NCBI GenBank assembly: GCA_001822835.1
Contig: MHSS01000002.1
Span: forward strand, 65,060 to 129,059
Direction of reading: 5' to 3'
DNA length: 64,000 nt
From: Candidatus Terrybacteria bacterium RIFCSPHIGHO2_01_FULL_48_17
GTDB lineage: Bacteria; Patescibacteriota; Minisyncoccia; Terrybacterales; 2-01-FULL-58-14
The notes beneath the pieces are model-generated. The model was not told the origin of the DNA and ran no database searches. It was given only the letters and a program-made list of their open reading frames with translations. Numbering within the stretch: the stretch's first letter is position 1; every line of letters starts with the position of its first letter. Shown piece after piece: positions 8,674 to 15,882 of this stretch. Made by a program: the position numbers and the translations under genes.

Positions 8674-9371
8674 TATCCGTCAATGCCGACATATTTTGTG
8701 TCGCGGAACAAGGATTTTTCCAAATCCCAATAACGGTTTTTTGCATCCGCTGGCTTTTGTTCAATCACCGAAACGTCGTACCAGGGATGAGGCGTGCAAG
8801 GGAATGGTACTTCTACATTTTCCACTACGAGGCATTCAATCGATATCCCCGCTTGTCGCGCAAGATAGTTTCGGTGCACGCCGTCCATCAGGATCAGACG
8901 ATCTCCGTGTTTTTCAACGATAGGGGGTAAGTAATGGCCAAGTACGCTTTCCCCGCTCTGTGTCGTTCCTATGATGAGGCAAGCAAGGAAACGGGTAAAG
9001 CCACGCATCATGCCAAAGCCCTTAAAGGTATCTCGGAAGCCCTCGACAATTGAAATATAGTTCGGCCGATACACGAATTTTTGGCCAAGCACCAGAGAGC
9101 TTGGATCGGTCATTCGCAAGTGTACTTCATGCTCGCAATAGGGCTTTTGCGCTCGATTGAAAGACAAGCTTATGCTTGAAAGCAATTTGTCGCGATAATG
9201 ATCTGGCATGACAACTACGCTTTCTACACGTGCGATATCTTTAGGGGAAACAATCCAGCCGATTTGTTCGCAACCCGGAATTTTTGAAAGGTCGATAGTG
9301 GTGCGGAAACGAAACTCATCAACGCTAATTGGGACAAAATCGGTTTGTGTAGAGGGTGTCCTTAAAGCCAT
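8673..9371 (-). CDS. ParB/Srx-like nuclease-domain protein (DGxHR motif LILMDGVHRNYLAR) with an uncharacterised N-terminal domain
   Basis: C-terminal half carries a ParB N-terminal-domain/sulfiredoxin-type DGHR motif; convergent on the small-protein operon. Confidence 0.5.
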   Translation of the reverse strand: MALRTPSTQTDFVPISVDEFRFRTTIDLSKIPGCEQIGWIVSPKDIARVESVVVMPDHYRDKLLSSISLSFNRAQKPYCEHEVHLRMTDPSSLVLGQKFVYRPNYISIVEGFRDTFKGFGMMRGFTRFLACLIIGTTQSGESVLGHYLPPIVEKHGDRLILMDGVHRNYLARQAGISIECLVVENVEVPFPCTPHPWYDVSVIEQKPADAKNRYWDLEKSLFRDTKYVGIDG

Positions 9372-9478
9372 TCCCGTCCTTTTTCTATTGTAAAATGTCT
9401 TTCTTTTTGTATCAGAGATATGCTAAAAAGGTCAACCTGTCTTTTCTTTTGCGCATGTGTTATTGTAAAATATTGTTT

Positions 9479-10054
9479 ATGCAAAACTCGCGTATTTTGG
9501 GACTTGATCTTGATGGGACGTTGGCAGATCATACGTTCGCCAAAATTGCTATTGCCCGCGAACTCGGCTACACCCTTTCCCCTCCGCAAACGGCATCGGC
9601 GATTTTAAGACACATCATGCAGCCGGAGCATTACCGGACGTTGCAAAAGCGACTCTATCACGATTTTGCCCCACATTCCCCAAAGACCGTGGGGGCCGAA
9701 GAAGCGCTTGATGAACTTCGAGTGCGTGGGTGGGATTTCCTAGTTATTTCCCGTCGAGGGGGAGAGGACTCGCAGGACTTGGCTCGGCAATGGGTTGTGC
9801 AGGAATACGCTGGCATGATTCCTTCCGAACAGGTTTTTTTCGTTGAGGAAGACGCCGCAAAAAACACCGTCGCGAAAGAACATGGCGTGTTGGGATATGT
9901 TGATGACCAACAGGAGGTTTTAAATTATCTTGCGTCCGTAAAATACCGTTTGTTGTTTGATCCCTTTGAGAATTTTCTTACTAAAACGCCGCCGCATATT
10001 TTTCTGATGCATGCATGGCGCGAATTACCCCAGCTTTTAGCCCCGTTTGAATAA
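9479..10054 (+). CDS. HAD-superfamily hydrolase
   Basis: DxDGT motif (LGLDLDGTLAD) 8 residues after the Met at 9479; the ORF-track start at 9356 overlaps the divergent gene and is unlikely. Confidence 0.7.
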   Translation: MQNSRILGLDLDGTLADHTFAKIAIARELGYTLSPPQTASAILRHIMQPEHYRTLQKRLYHDFAPHSPKTVGAEEALDELRVRGWDFLVISRRGGEDSQDLARQWVVQEYAGMIPSEQVFFVEEDAAKNTVAKEHGVLGYVDDQQEVLNYLASVKYRLLFDPFENFLTKTPPHIFLMHAWRELPQLLAPFE

Positions 10055-10059
10055 AAGAA

Positions 10060-10086
10060 GGCCCCGCACAGCGGGGCGTTTTTATT
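10060..10086. terminator. bidirectional rho-independent terminator (GGCCCCGC-ACA-GCGGGGC + GTTTTTATT)
   Basis: Stem-loop 6 nt after the HAD stop; serves both convergent genes. Confidence 0.6.
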
Positions 10087-10999
10087 ACAGATCAAAATCG
10101 CGGATTATTGCAGAATGGTCTTCGTCGGCATAGCCCATTGCGATAAGCAATTCGTATAGGCGTTTTAGCATTAACACAAACTCAAGTTCGGGGTGCGGCA
10201 TCTTAAGGGGACTCGAAGGTTCTTTGACCATGCGCGGGAAAAGCGCGCGCACCGCCCCTTCAATATTTTTAAGATCTTTAAGATGCAACGATGCGCGAAA
10301 TGCCGGGGGGAAGGTTCGGGTACACATCGGTTCTGCTTTGCGTTCCAGCACCCGGTTGTGCGCAAGGCCTCCCTGCCACGACGTAATAGCGCTTTGCGAA
10401 TTACCTCCTCCTCGTTCTACGAGCGCGATGGCGGCGGCATCGGCAGCCATGAGTGCTGCAACAATAATTTGGTTGCCGAGTTTCGCAAGCTGTCCTGTGC
10501 CGACAGGGCCCTGATGGTATATGGTATTGCCCAGTACCCCGAGAATCGGGTGTGCGCGCGCAAGTGTTTTCGCCTCACCCCCAACCATAATGGAAAGCGT
10601 ACCTCGCTCCGCTCCTTGCGTGGAACCCGACACCGGCGCATCAAGAAATTCCGCTCCTTTTTCTGAAAGCGCTTGGGCAATATGTACCGCAACCGAAGGC
10701 AAAATCGAGCTCATATCTATTACAATCTTTCCTTGGCTGATGCCTTCGATAATCCCATGTTTTCCCAATATTATTTCTTTAACATCTGGAGAGTCGGGAA
10801 GCATGGTGATGATCACTTGCGATAGGACGGCCACGCTTTTGGGAGAATCCGCTCCTGTTGCGCCTTTGGCTACCAACGGTAGCATTTTCTTTTGGGTTCG
10901 GTTAAATACCGTTAACGGATACCCTGCTTCAAGCAATCGTGCAGCCATAGGCATGCCCATGGTGCCAAGACCAATGAATCCAATACGGGGTTTTCGCAT
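10085..10999 (-). CDS. NAD(P)-dependent oxidoreductase, 3-hydroxyisobutyrate dehydrogenase / tartronate-semialdehyde reductase family
   Basis: N-terminal RIGFIGLGTMG Rossmann motif and 6PGDH-type NAD-binding and C-terminal helical domains; start set at the Met preceding RKPRIGF (the ORF track extends to 11071). Confidence 0.8.
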   Translation of the reverse strand: MRKPRIGFIGLGTMGMPMAARLLEAGYPLTVFNRTQKKMLPLVAKGATGADSPKSVAVLSQVIITMLPDSPDVKEIILGKHGIIEGISQGKIVIDMSSILPSVAVHIAQALSEKGAEFLDAPVSGSTQGAERGTLSIMVGGEAKTLARAHPILGVLGNTIYHQGPVGTGQLAKLGNQIIVAALMAADAAAIALVERGGGNSQSAITSWQGGLAHNRVLERKAEPMCTRTFPPAFRASLHLKDLKNIEGAVRALFPRMVKEPSSPLKMPHPELEFVLMLKRLYELLIAMGYADEDHSAIIRDFDL

Positions 11000-11123
11000 T
11001 TCGCTTCCCCTTTTTATTGTCAAGTTGCGTAGTGTCTTGGTAACATATGGATTTTTTGTTGACAAGGGCACGGGGCGGCGCTAGTTTGTGGATACAACCT
11101 TGACAATGAAAAACGAGGAAAAA

Positions 11124-12293
11124 ATGCAAGCAGTAGAAATCCGTTCGGTATGGTATCCGCGAGCCGGGAGTGAAGTGCATCCGCGTGATGTTGAGAAAAT
11201 TCGCGCCCAGCAAGGGTCGCGCGTATGGATGCAGCCAACAGCTGCGTTGATTCGCACAAAACGTCCGGAACTTCGCGATACCGAGGTTCTTATTCGCGTG
11301 CGCGCCTGTGGGCTTTGCGGCTCGGACGTTTCTATGGCCGCCCAAGACCATGATGGTTACGCCCGATATCCTTTCATGATGCGTTCCCCGATAATCCCGG
11401 GACACGAGTTTGCCGGTGAAGTGGTGGATATGGGTTCGCGCGCCGCAGAAAAAAGAAGTTGGTTAAAACGCGGCGTACCCGTCACTGCCCAATGTGTTTT
11501 AAACTGCGGCGCGTGCGATAACTGCCTTAATGGGGAATTTGACAGCTGTATTGCCGGAGAGGAGCTTGGGTTTACCCGTAATGGCGGTATGGCCGAATAT
11601 TGCGCGGTAGATGCCAGGCACGTATGGTCGTTGCTTCCGCTGTCGGATCACTACCGTACCGAAGATCAACTGTATCTTGCGGGTTCCCTTATTGAGCCGA
11701 TGGCCGGAGTTTTCAAGGGCTTGAACATGGTTGAGTGGGGGCATGGCGATACGCTTCTTATCATCGGAGCGGGCCCTATCGGGCTTTCTGCCCTGCTCGT
11801 AGCGCAAGCATTGGGTTTTGGAAACATTCTTGTAGCAGAAGTTTGGCGGGAACGGCGCGTGAAAGCAAATCGTCTAGGTGCTTCACATTCATTTTGTCCG
11901 CTTGCTCACAAGCTTTCCGATGTCGTGTTGGAACTTACCGGAGGAAGAGGGGCCGATGTCGTGTTTGAGGCATCAGGATATGCAGAGAAAAATTGGGATG
12001 AACTGAATGTTCTTTGGCGGCGCCAAAAAGCAGATCCCCGAATGGTTTTTTTCGGACAATCCAAAAAAGAACTGCCGTTCAACCCACAGCTTCCTATACA
12101 GCGGTATGCGAAATTCGTTGGTTCGCATGGCCATACAAAAGTGTGGGATTCGGTGATTCGTATGGTTGGCGCAGGACGGATCAACCCACTTCCCATGATT
12201 ACGCGCACCATCTCTTTACAAGAGGCGCCCGAATGGCTCAAGCGCCTGCAAACCGATAAGTCCGAATGTAAAGTAACAATTACTGAATTTTAA
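11124..12293 (+). CDS. zinc-dependent alcohol/polyol dehydrogenase (MDR family)
   Basis: GHEFAGEV catalytic-zinc motif, CGLCGSD and CGACDNC structural-zinc motifs, GAGPIGL Rossmann; start ambiguous between 11088, 11106 and 11124. Confidence 0.8.
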   Translation: MQAVEIRSVWYPRAGSEVHPRDVEKIRAQQGSRVWMQPTAALIRTKRPELRDTEVLIRVRACGLCGSDVSMAAQDHDGYARYPFMMRSPIIPGHEFAGEVVDMGSRAAEKRSWLKRGVPVTAQCVLNCGACDNCLNGEFDSCIAGEELGFTRNGGMAEYCAVDARHVWSLLPLSDHYRTEDQLYLAGSLIEPMAGVFKGLNMVEWGHGDTLLIIGAGPIGLSALLVAQALGFGNILVAEVWRERRVKANRLGASHSFCPLAHKLSDVVLELTGGRGADVVFEASGYAEKNWDELNVLWRRQKADPRMVFFGQSKKELPFNPQLPIQRYAKFVGSHGHTKVWDSVIRMVGAGRINPLPMITRTISLQEAPEWLKRLQTDKSECKVTITEF

Positions 12294-12303
12294 AAACACA
12301 AAA

Positions 12304-12330
12304 GGCCCGGATATCGGGCCTTGCTGTTTA
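12304..12330. terminator. bidirectional terminator (GGCCCG-GATAT-CGGGCC + TTGCTGTTT)
   Basis: Hairpin about 10 nt after the ADH stop, between convergent genes. Confidence 0.5.
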
Positions 12331-12774
12331 TATGCGATCAACAACTTTTCTGAAACCGGAGATGACGACGTCTCGGGCGCGTGATTGTCGTTTCGCAACC
12401 CTTACGGCTTCTTGTTCTCGTTGTTTTCGTATTCGTCCAAAATATCGCTGGATGGCCTTTGCAAGCGGAGATATGTTGTGTTCATACGAAATTCGATCAC
12501 CGTGCGGCCATTGGTTTACCGAGAGATCTTCATAAAAAAGTCGTGTTTTCCGTTCCAGGATTTCGATAATGCAAATCCGTGGTGAGTTGGGATAATGAAG
12601 GTCTATTTCAATGCCTTGGTACGTGCCGACGAGCACGTCGTGGTATCCTTCAAAGGGATCGCCGTCGCGCTTCGTTTTCCATTCGATTTTATTTTGCTGT
12701 GTGAGGCGCGCATATCGGCGAAGAAGCCGCTTTGCTAAAGCAACCTTTTCATTCAGAAATTCCTCTTCAGTCAT
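12328..12774 (-). CDS. hypothetical protein
   Basis: 148-aa ORF with reasonable composition; no homology recognised. Confidence 0.45.
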   Translation of the reverse strand: MTEEEFLNEKVALAKRLLRRYARLTQQNKIEWKTKRDGDPFEGYHDVLVGTYQGIEIDLHYPNSPRICIIEILERKTRLFYEDLSVNQWPHGDRISYEHNISPLAKAIQRYFGRIRKQREQEAVRVAKRQSRARDVVISGFRKVVDRI

Positions 12775-12892
12775 TTCTTTCCTTTCTCGCTTTCAAGAAT
12801 GCTATACATTATATATCACATAATATAGAGCGTTGCAAGCCAACCCGTCGGAAGATAAAAGGTTGCGACCCATGTGTGTGGGTCGCTTGTAT

Positions 12893-13153
12893 TTATTCTT
12901 TGATTGCTGAATCAGCAGCATGTTGCAACGCGGCACGGATGGCGCTACAAGGTGCTTCCCGGCATTTTCCGATGTGCTCAAACGTTCCCCGGTCGCGAAA
13001 CCCAAAATGCTTTTGGCCGGTTCTAATTTCCCCGCTTAACAAGGCAGATATCGAACGAGGCAATCTATCTCTTGCTTCTTTACAGGTATCAATCATGGTG
13101 CGCTGCTCCTTTCTTTTTTGTTTCGTGCAAACGGGCAAGTTGATCACGAACAA
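12893..13153 (-). CDS. hypothetical small Cys-containing protein (possibly the C-terminal part of a frameshifted gene with 13089-13346)
   Basis: 86-aa ORF; hairpin+T-run terminator immediately downstream (12850-12890); overlaps the upstream ORF by 64 nt in another frame. Confidence 0.35.
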   Translation of the reverse strand: MFVINLPVCTKQKRKEQRTMIDTCKEARDRLPRSISALLSGEIRTGQKHFGFRDRGTFEHIGKCREAPCSAIRAALQHAADSAIKE

Positions 13154-13346
13154 CTTGGCATGACCGTTTTTCGCATAAGCCGAAATGACGGAAGGCGATC
13201 CGATCGCCCATGTCCAGATAGTTCCATTCCGTTAAGGGAATAAGCGTATTTCTATATATCAGTCCATGTAAGCTGTCGTGAATCCGCTGCCATGCTTCTT
13301 GGCATGGCATTATCTTTGCTTGCGCTTCGATATCGGCGGAAGCCAT
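13089..13346 (-). CDS. hypothetical small protein
   Basis: 85-aa ORF; both it and 12893-13153 contain HFG(L/F) segments, suggesting one interrupted gene. Confidence 0.35.
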   Translation of the reverse strand: MASADIEAQAKIMPCQEAWQRIHDSLHGLIYRNTLIPLTEWNYLDMGDRIAFRHFGLCEKRSCQVVRDQLARLHETKKKGAAHHD

Positions 13347-13479
13347 AATGCTCCTAGTTTTGAAAGTACCCTACAACGTATATAGCATACCTAGTTTGAT
13401 TTTGCAAGAGGTGCATTGACTTTTGGATGCCGCGGGCGTAAAACAAAAGCAAGTTCGTTAAAAATTGAGGAGGATTATT

Positions 13480-14397
13480 ATGCGCCTTGCGTTCAAGGTC
13501 AATGCATTCGCCAACCGTCCTGATGTGCTTGTGCACGCTGCACACACGATTAAGGATGCGGGTTTTTCCGGAATCGGGTTGGTATTTGATAAGCCGTTTT
13601 TATGGCTTCCGAACCTTAAGGCAGATCGAATCAGGCAGCTGCGTAAGCTTTTGCAAGAAACTGGTTTGTCTGTTGAGAGCGTTTCAACGTGCACCGCTTC
13701 CGGGTATTGGCGGCCTGATGACGATTTTACCCCTGCGGGTCAGCGTTTCGGCCCTTCTTTTACTTCGCGCAATTCCAAAGAGCGGGAGCTGCGGGTGCGC
13801 CATACAATCAAGGTTATTGATTTTGCCCAAGCTGTGGGATGCCGTTATGTTGATACCTCAACCGGGTATCAGCCACAGGATATGGATGTTGCGACCACAT
13901 GGAAATACACGCGCGATTGCTTGCGCCAAATTTGCGACTATGCAGAGAAACGGTGCGTGTCCGTCAATATAGAATACGAACCGGGCGAGTTCGGTCCAGG
14001 CGGACTTTTTGTGGGCGATGCATCGACGGCAATGTTGATGATAGCCGATGTTGGCTCGCCTGCGTTGGGTGTCAACTTGGATGTCGGGCACTCGTATGTA
14101 TGCGGTGAAGATGTTCCTGCCACAATACGTATGTTGGGAGAGCGCGTACGCGTGGTTGAGCTTGACGATATCGCAAGCCGGCGCGACGAAAAAGGAGTTA
14201 TGCGCCGCAGGCATTATCATCTGGTCCCCGGAGAAGGGGAGATAGAGTACCGGCCTATTTTTGAGGCGTTGCGTGAAATCAATTTTCAAGGTCCCGTAAT
14301 TGTTGAGCTTTACAGTTTATTCGATAAAAATCCCGAAGATGCTTGCAAAAAGACCTTTGGTTATTTAGCAGCAAACTACGGATCCTTTTTCAAATAA
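13480..14397 (+). CDS. sugar phosphate isomerase/epimerase (xylose-isomerase-like TIM barrel)
   Basis: GGAGG 8 nt upstream of the ATG at 13480; AP-endonuclease-2/xylose-isomerase-like TIM-barrel signature with metal-ligand E/D/H pattern. Confidence 0.75.
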   Translation: MRLAFKVNAFANRPDVLVHAAHTIKDAGFSGIGLVFDKPFLWLPNLKADRIRQLRKLLQETGLSVESVSTCTASGYWRPDDDFTPAGQRFGPSFTSRNSKERELRVRHTIKVIDFAQAVGCRYVDTSTGYQPQDMDVATTWKYTRDCLRQICDYAEKRCVSVNIEYEPGEFGPGGLFVGDASTAMLMIADVGSPALGVNLDVGHSYVCGEDVPATIRMLGERVRVVELDDIASRRDEKGVMRRRHYHLVPGEGEIEYRPIFEALREINFQGPVIVELYSLFDKNPEDACKKTFGYLAANYGSFFK

Positions 14398-14403
14398 GGA
14401 GAT

Positions 14404-14847
14404 ATGGAAAGGAAGAAGATGCCAAACTATAAAATTCTTCGGCTTGATCATTACGGCGTCGGCCTTCCTAACGAGGAAGAGCTTGAGGCCTGCCGCGAGT
14501 TTTACCGACAACTTGGATTTGAGGTTTTTGCCAAGGATCTTGATGACGGGAACCGTAAAGTTATTTGGTTTGCAGCACCAGACGGCAGAGAGTTTCATAT
14601 TTTTGTGGATCTTCGCGCCGCCCTTCCAAAAGAACCGGGCATTGTTCACGGCTGCTGGGAAGTTAATGATATTGGTGCTGCCTGGGAGACGTGGCAGGAC
14701 CTTTGGCGTAATGGGTGGTCATACAATGGCAAAACCTATCGCATGACCAAACAGCCATATAAGGACTCTAAGCTTCCAGGACGAAAAGATCGTTTTCATG
14801 CCTGGGATCCATGGTTCATTCATACCGAATGGTATGAGAACGAGTGA
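14404..14847 (+). CDS. VOC (glyoxalase/bleomycin-resistance/dioxygenase) superfamily protein
   Basis: 147 aa, beta-alpha-beta-beta-beta module with HYGVG start, GGAG SD; immediately downstream of the isomerase. Confidence 0.6.
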   Translation: MERKKMPNYKILRLDHYGVGLPNEEELEACREFYRQLGFEVFAKDLDDGNRKVIWFAAPDGREFHIFVDLRAALPKEPGIVHGCWEVNDIGAAWETWQDLWRNGWSYNGKTYRMTKQPYKDSKLPGRKDRFHAWDPWFIHTEWYENE

Positions 14848-14967
14848 TAAGCGCTAAGTGCAACGTGTTGAGCATAACGTGGCTCGCCGGAAACGGCGGG
14901 CTTGTCTCTTTCTCGGGCCTATGCTAAAGCGAAAGTACAAGTTCTTCGACAAGGAAAAAGGGAAGCG

Positions 14968-15831
14968 ATGAAGAAAAACGTAGGAATCATTGCGCCCCTA
15001 CCATACTCAACCGATATCGGCCCCGCAATTTCCCAAATGAAAGAGCACATCAAATGGCTTTCGCATACGCACGTTTCTGGGCTTTGGTTTTTGGGAACTA
15101 CTGCCGAATTTCCCTATATTGATCTTTGGTGGAAGTTTAAGGCCATTCGTGAACTTGTGCCCTATGCCAAAAAACTCGGTTTTACGACGTATTGTGGCGT
15201 ATGGGATGCAGAGCCGCATCGCATGAATATGATTGCGCGTACGGCATGGGAAGCAGGAGCCGATGCGCTTTTTGCGATGACCCCGATTTTCACAAAAGTT
15301 TCTGACGCCGAAATGCTTGTATATTATGAACGGGTTTTGGGCGAAATTGCAGAAACTCATCTGCCTTTATATTTATACGACTTCCCGCAAAAAAGCGGAA
15401 ACCAAATTTCCCTTGATGTCATTGCCGCGCTGCTTGGAAAGTATCCTGGCCGCGTTGTTGGCATAAAAGATAGCTCCGGCGACATGGTTCGGCTTGGAGA
15501 GCTTGCGCGTCGATTTGAGCCGTTCGGCTTCACCGTATTTGCGGGTACGAACGCTAAAGTAGTTGAGGCGCGAAAGGCGGGAGCTCACGGAGTCGTGGGA
15601 AGTTTAGCGAATATCTCCCCGGAACTTATGTATCAGGCATGGGAGTTTGGTGAAAAACGTGCGCAAAAAATTTTGGAGAAAGAGGCGGAGCTTATTTTGC
15701 AATACGACGGCCCGCGCGCCATCAACGCATGGCTTGGGCAATGGCGTATGGCAGGAAAACCGAATTATCCGCATACCGAGCTTTCGGCACGCGAGAGGCG
15801 TTATCTTTTTGCCCGTCTACGGAATCCGTAG
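14968..15831 (+). CDS. DapA/NAL family class I aldolase (dihydrodipicolinate synthase-like)
   Basis: GTTAEFP(Y) motif, Schiff-base lysine region (GIKDSSG), TIM barrel length. Confidence 0.75.
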   Translation: MKKNVGIIAPLPYSTDIGPAISQMKEHIKWLSHTHVSGLWFLGTTAEFPYIDLWWKFKAIRELVPYAKKLGFTTYCGVWDAEPHRMNMIARTAWEAGADALFAMTPIFTKVSDAEMLVYYERVLGEIAETHLPLYLYDFPQKSGNQISLDVIAALLGKYPGRVVGIKDSSGDMVRLGELARRFEPFGFTVFAGTNAKVVEARKAGAHGVVGSLANISPELMYQAWEFGEKRAQKILEKEAELILQYDGPRAINAWLGQWRMAGKPNYPHTELSARERRYLFARLRNP

Positions 15832-15882
15832 ACGGTTTTTGTTTGCGGGACAATATTTTATGACGTACAATGTGTTCGTGGT

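Noticed and set aside
9356-9478. N-terminal 41-aa extension of the HAD hydrolase ORF
   Set aside because: The extension overlaps the divergent promoter and gene 8673-9371. The catalytic DxDGT motif follows the internal Met at 9479, so the later start is preferred.
12732-13163. 143-aa plus-strand ORF across the minus-strand small-gene region
   Set aside because: Opposite to two better-supported minus-strand ORFs that have a terminator. Cys/Ser-rich junk-like translation.
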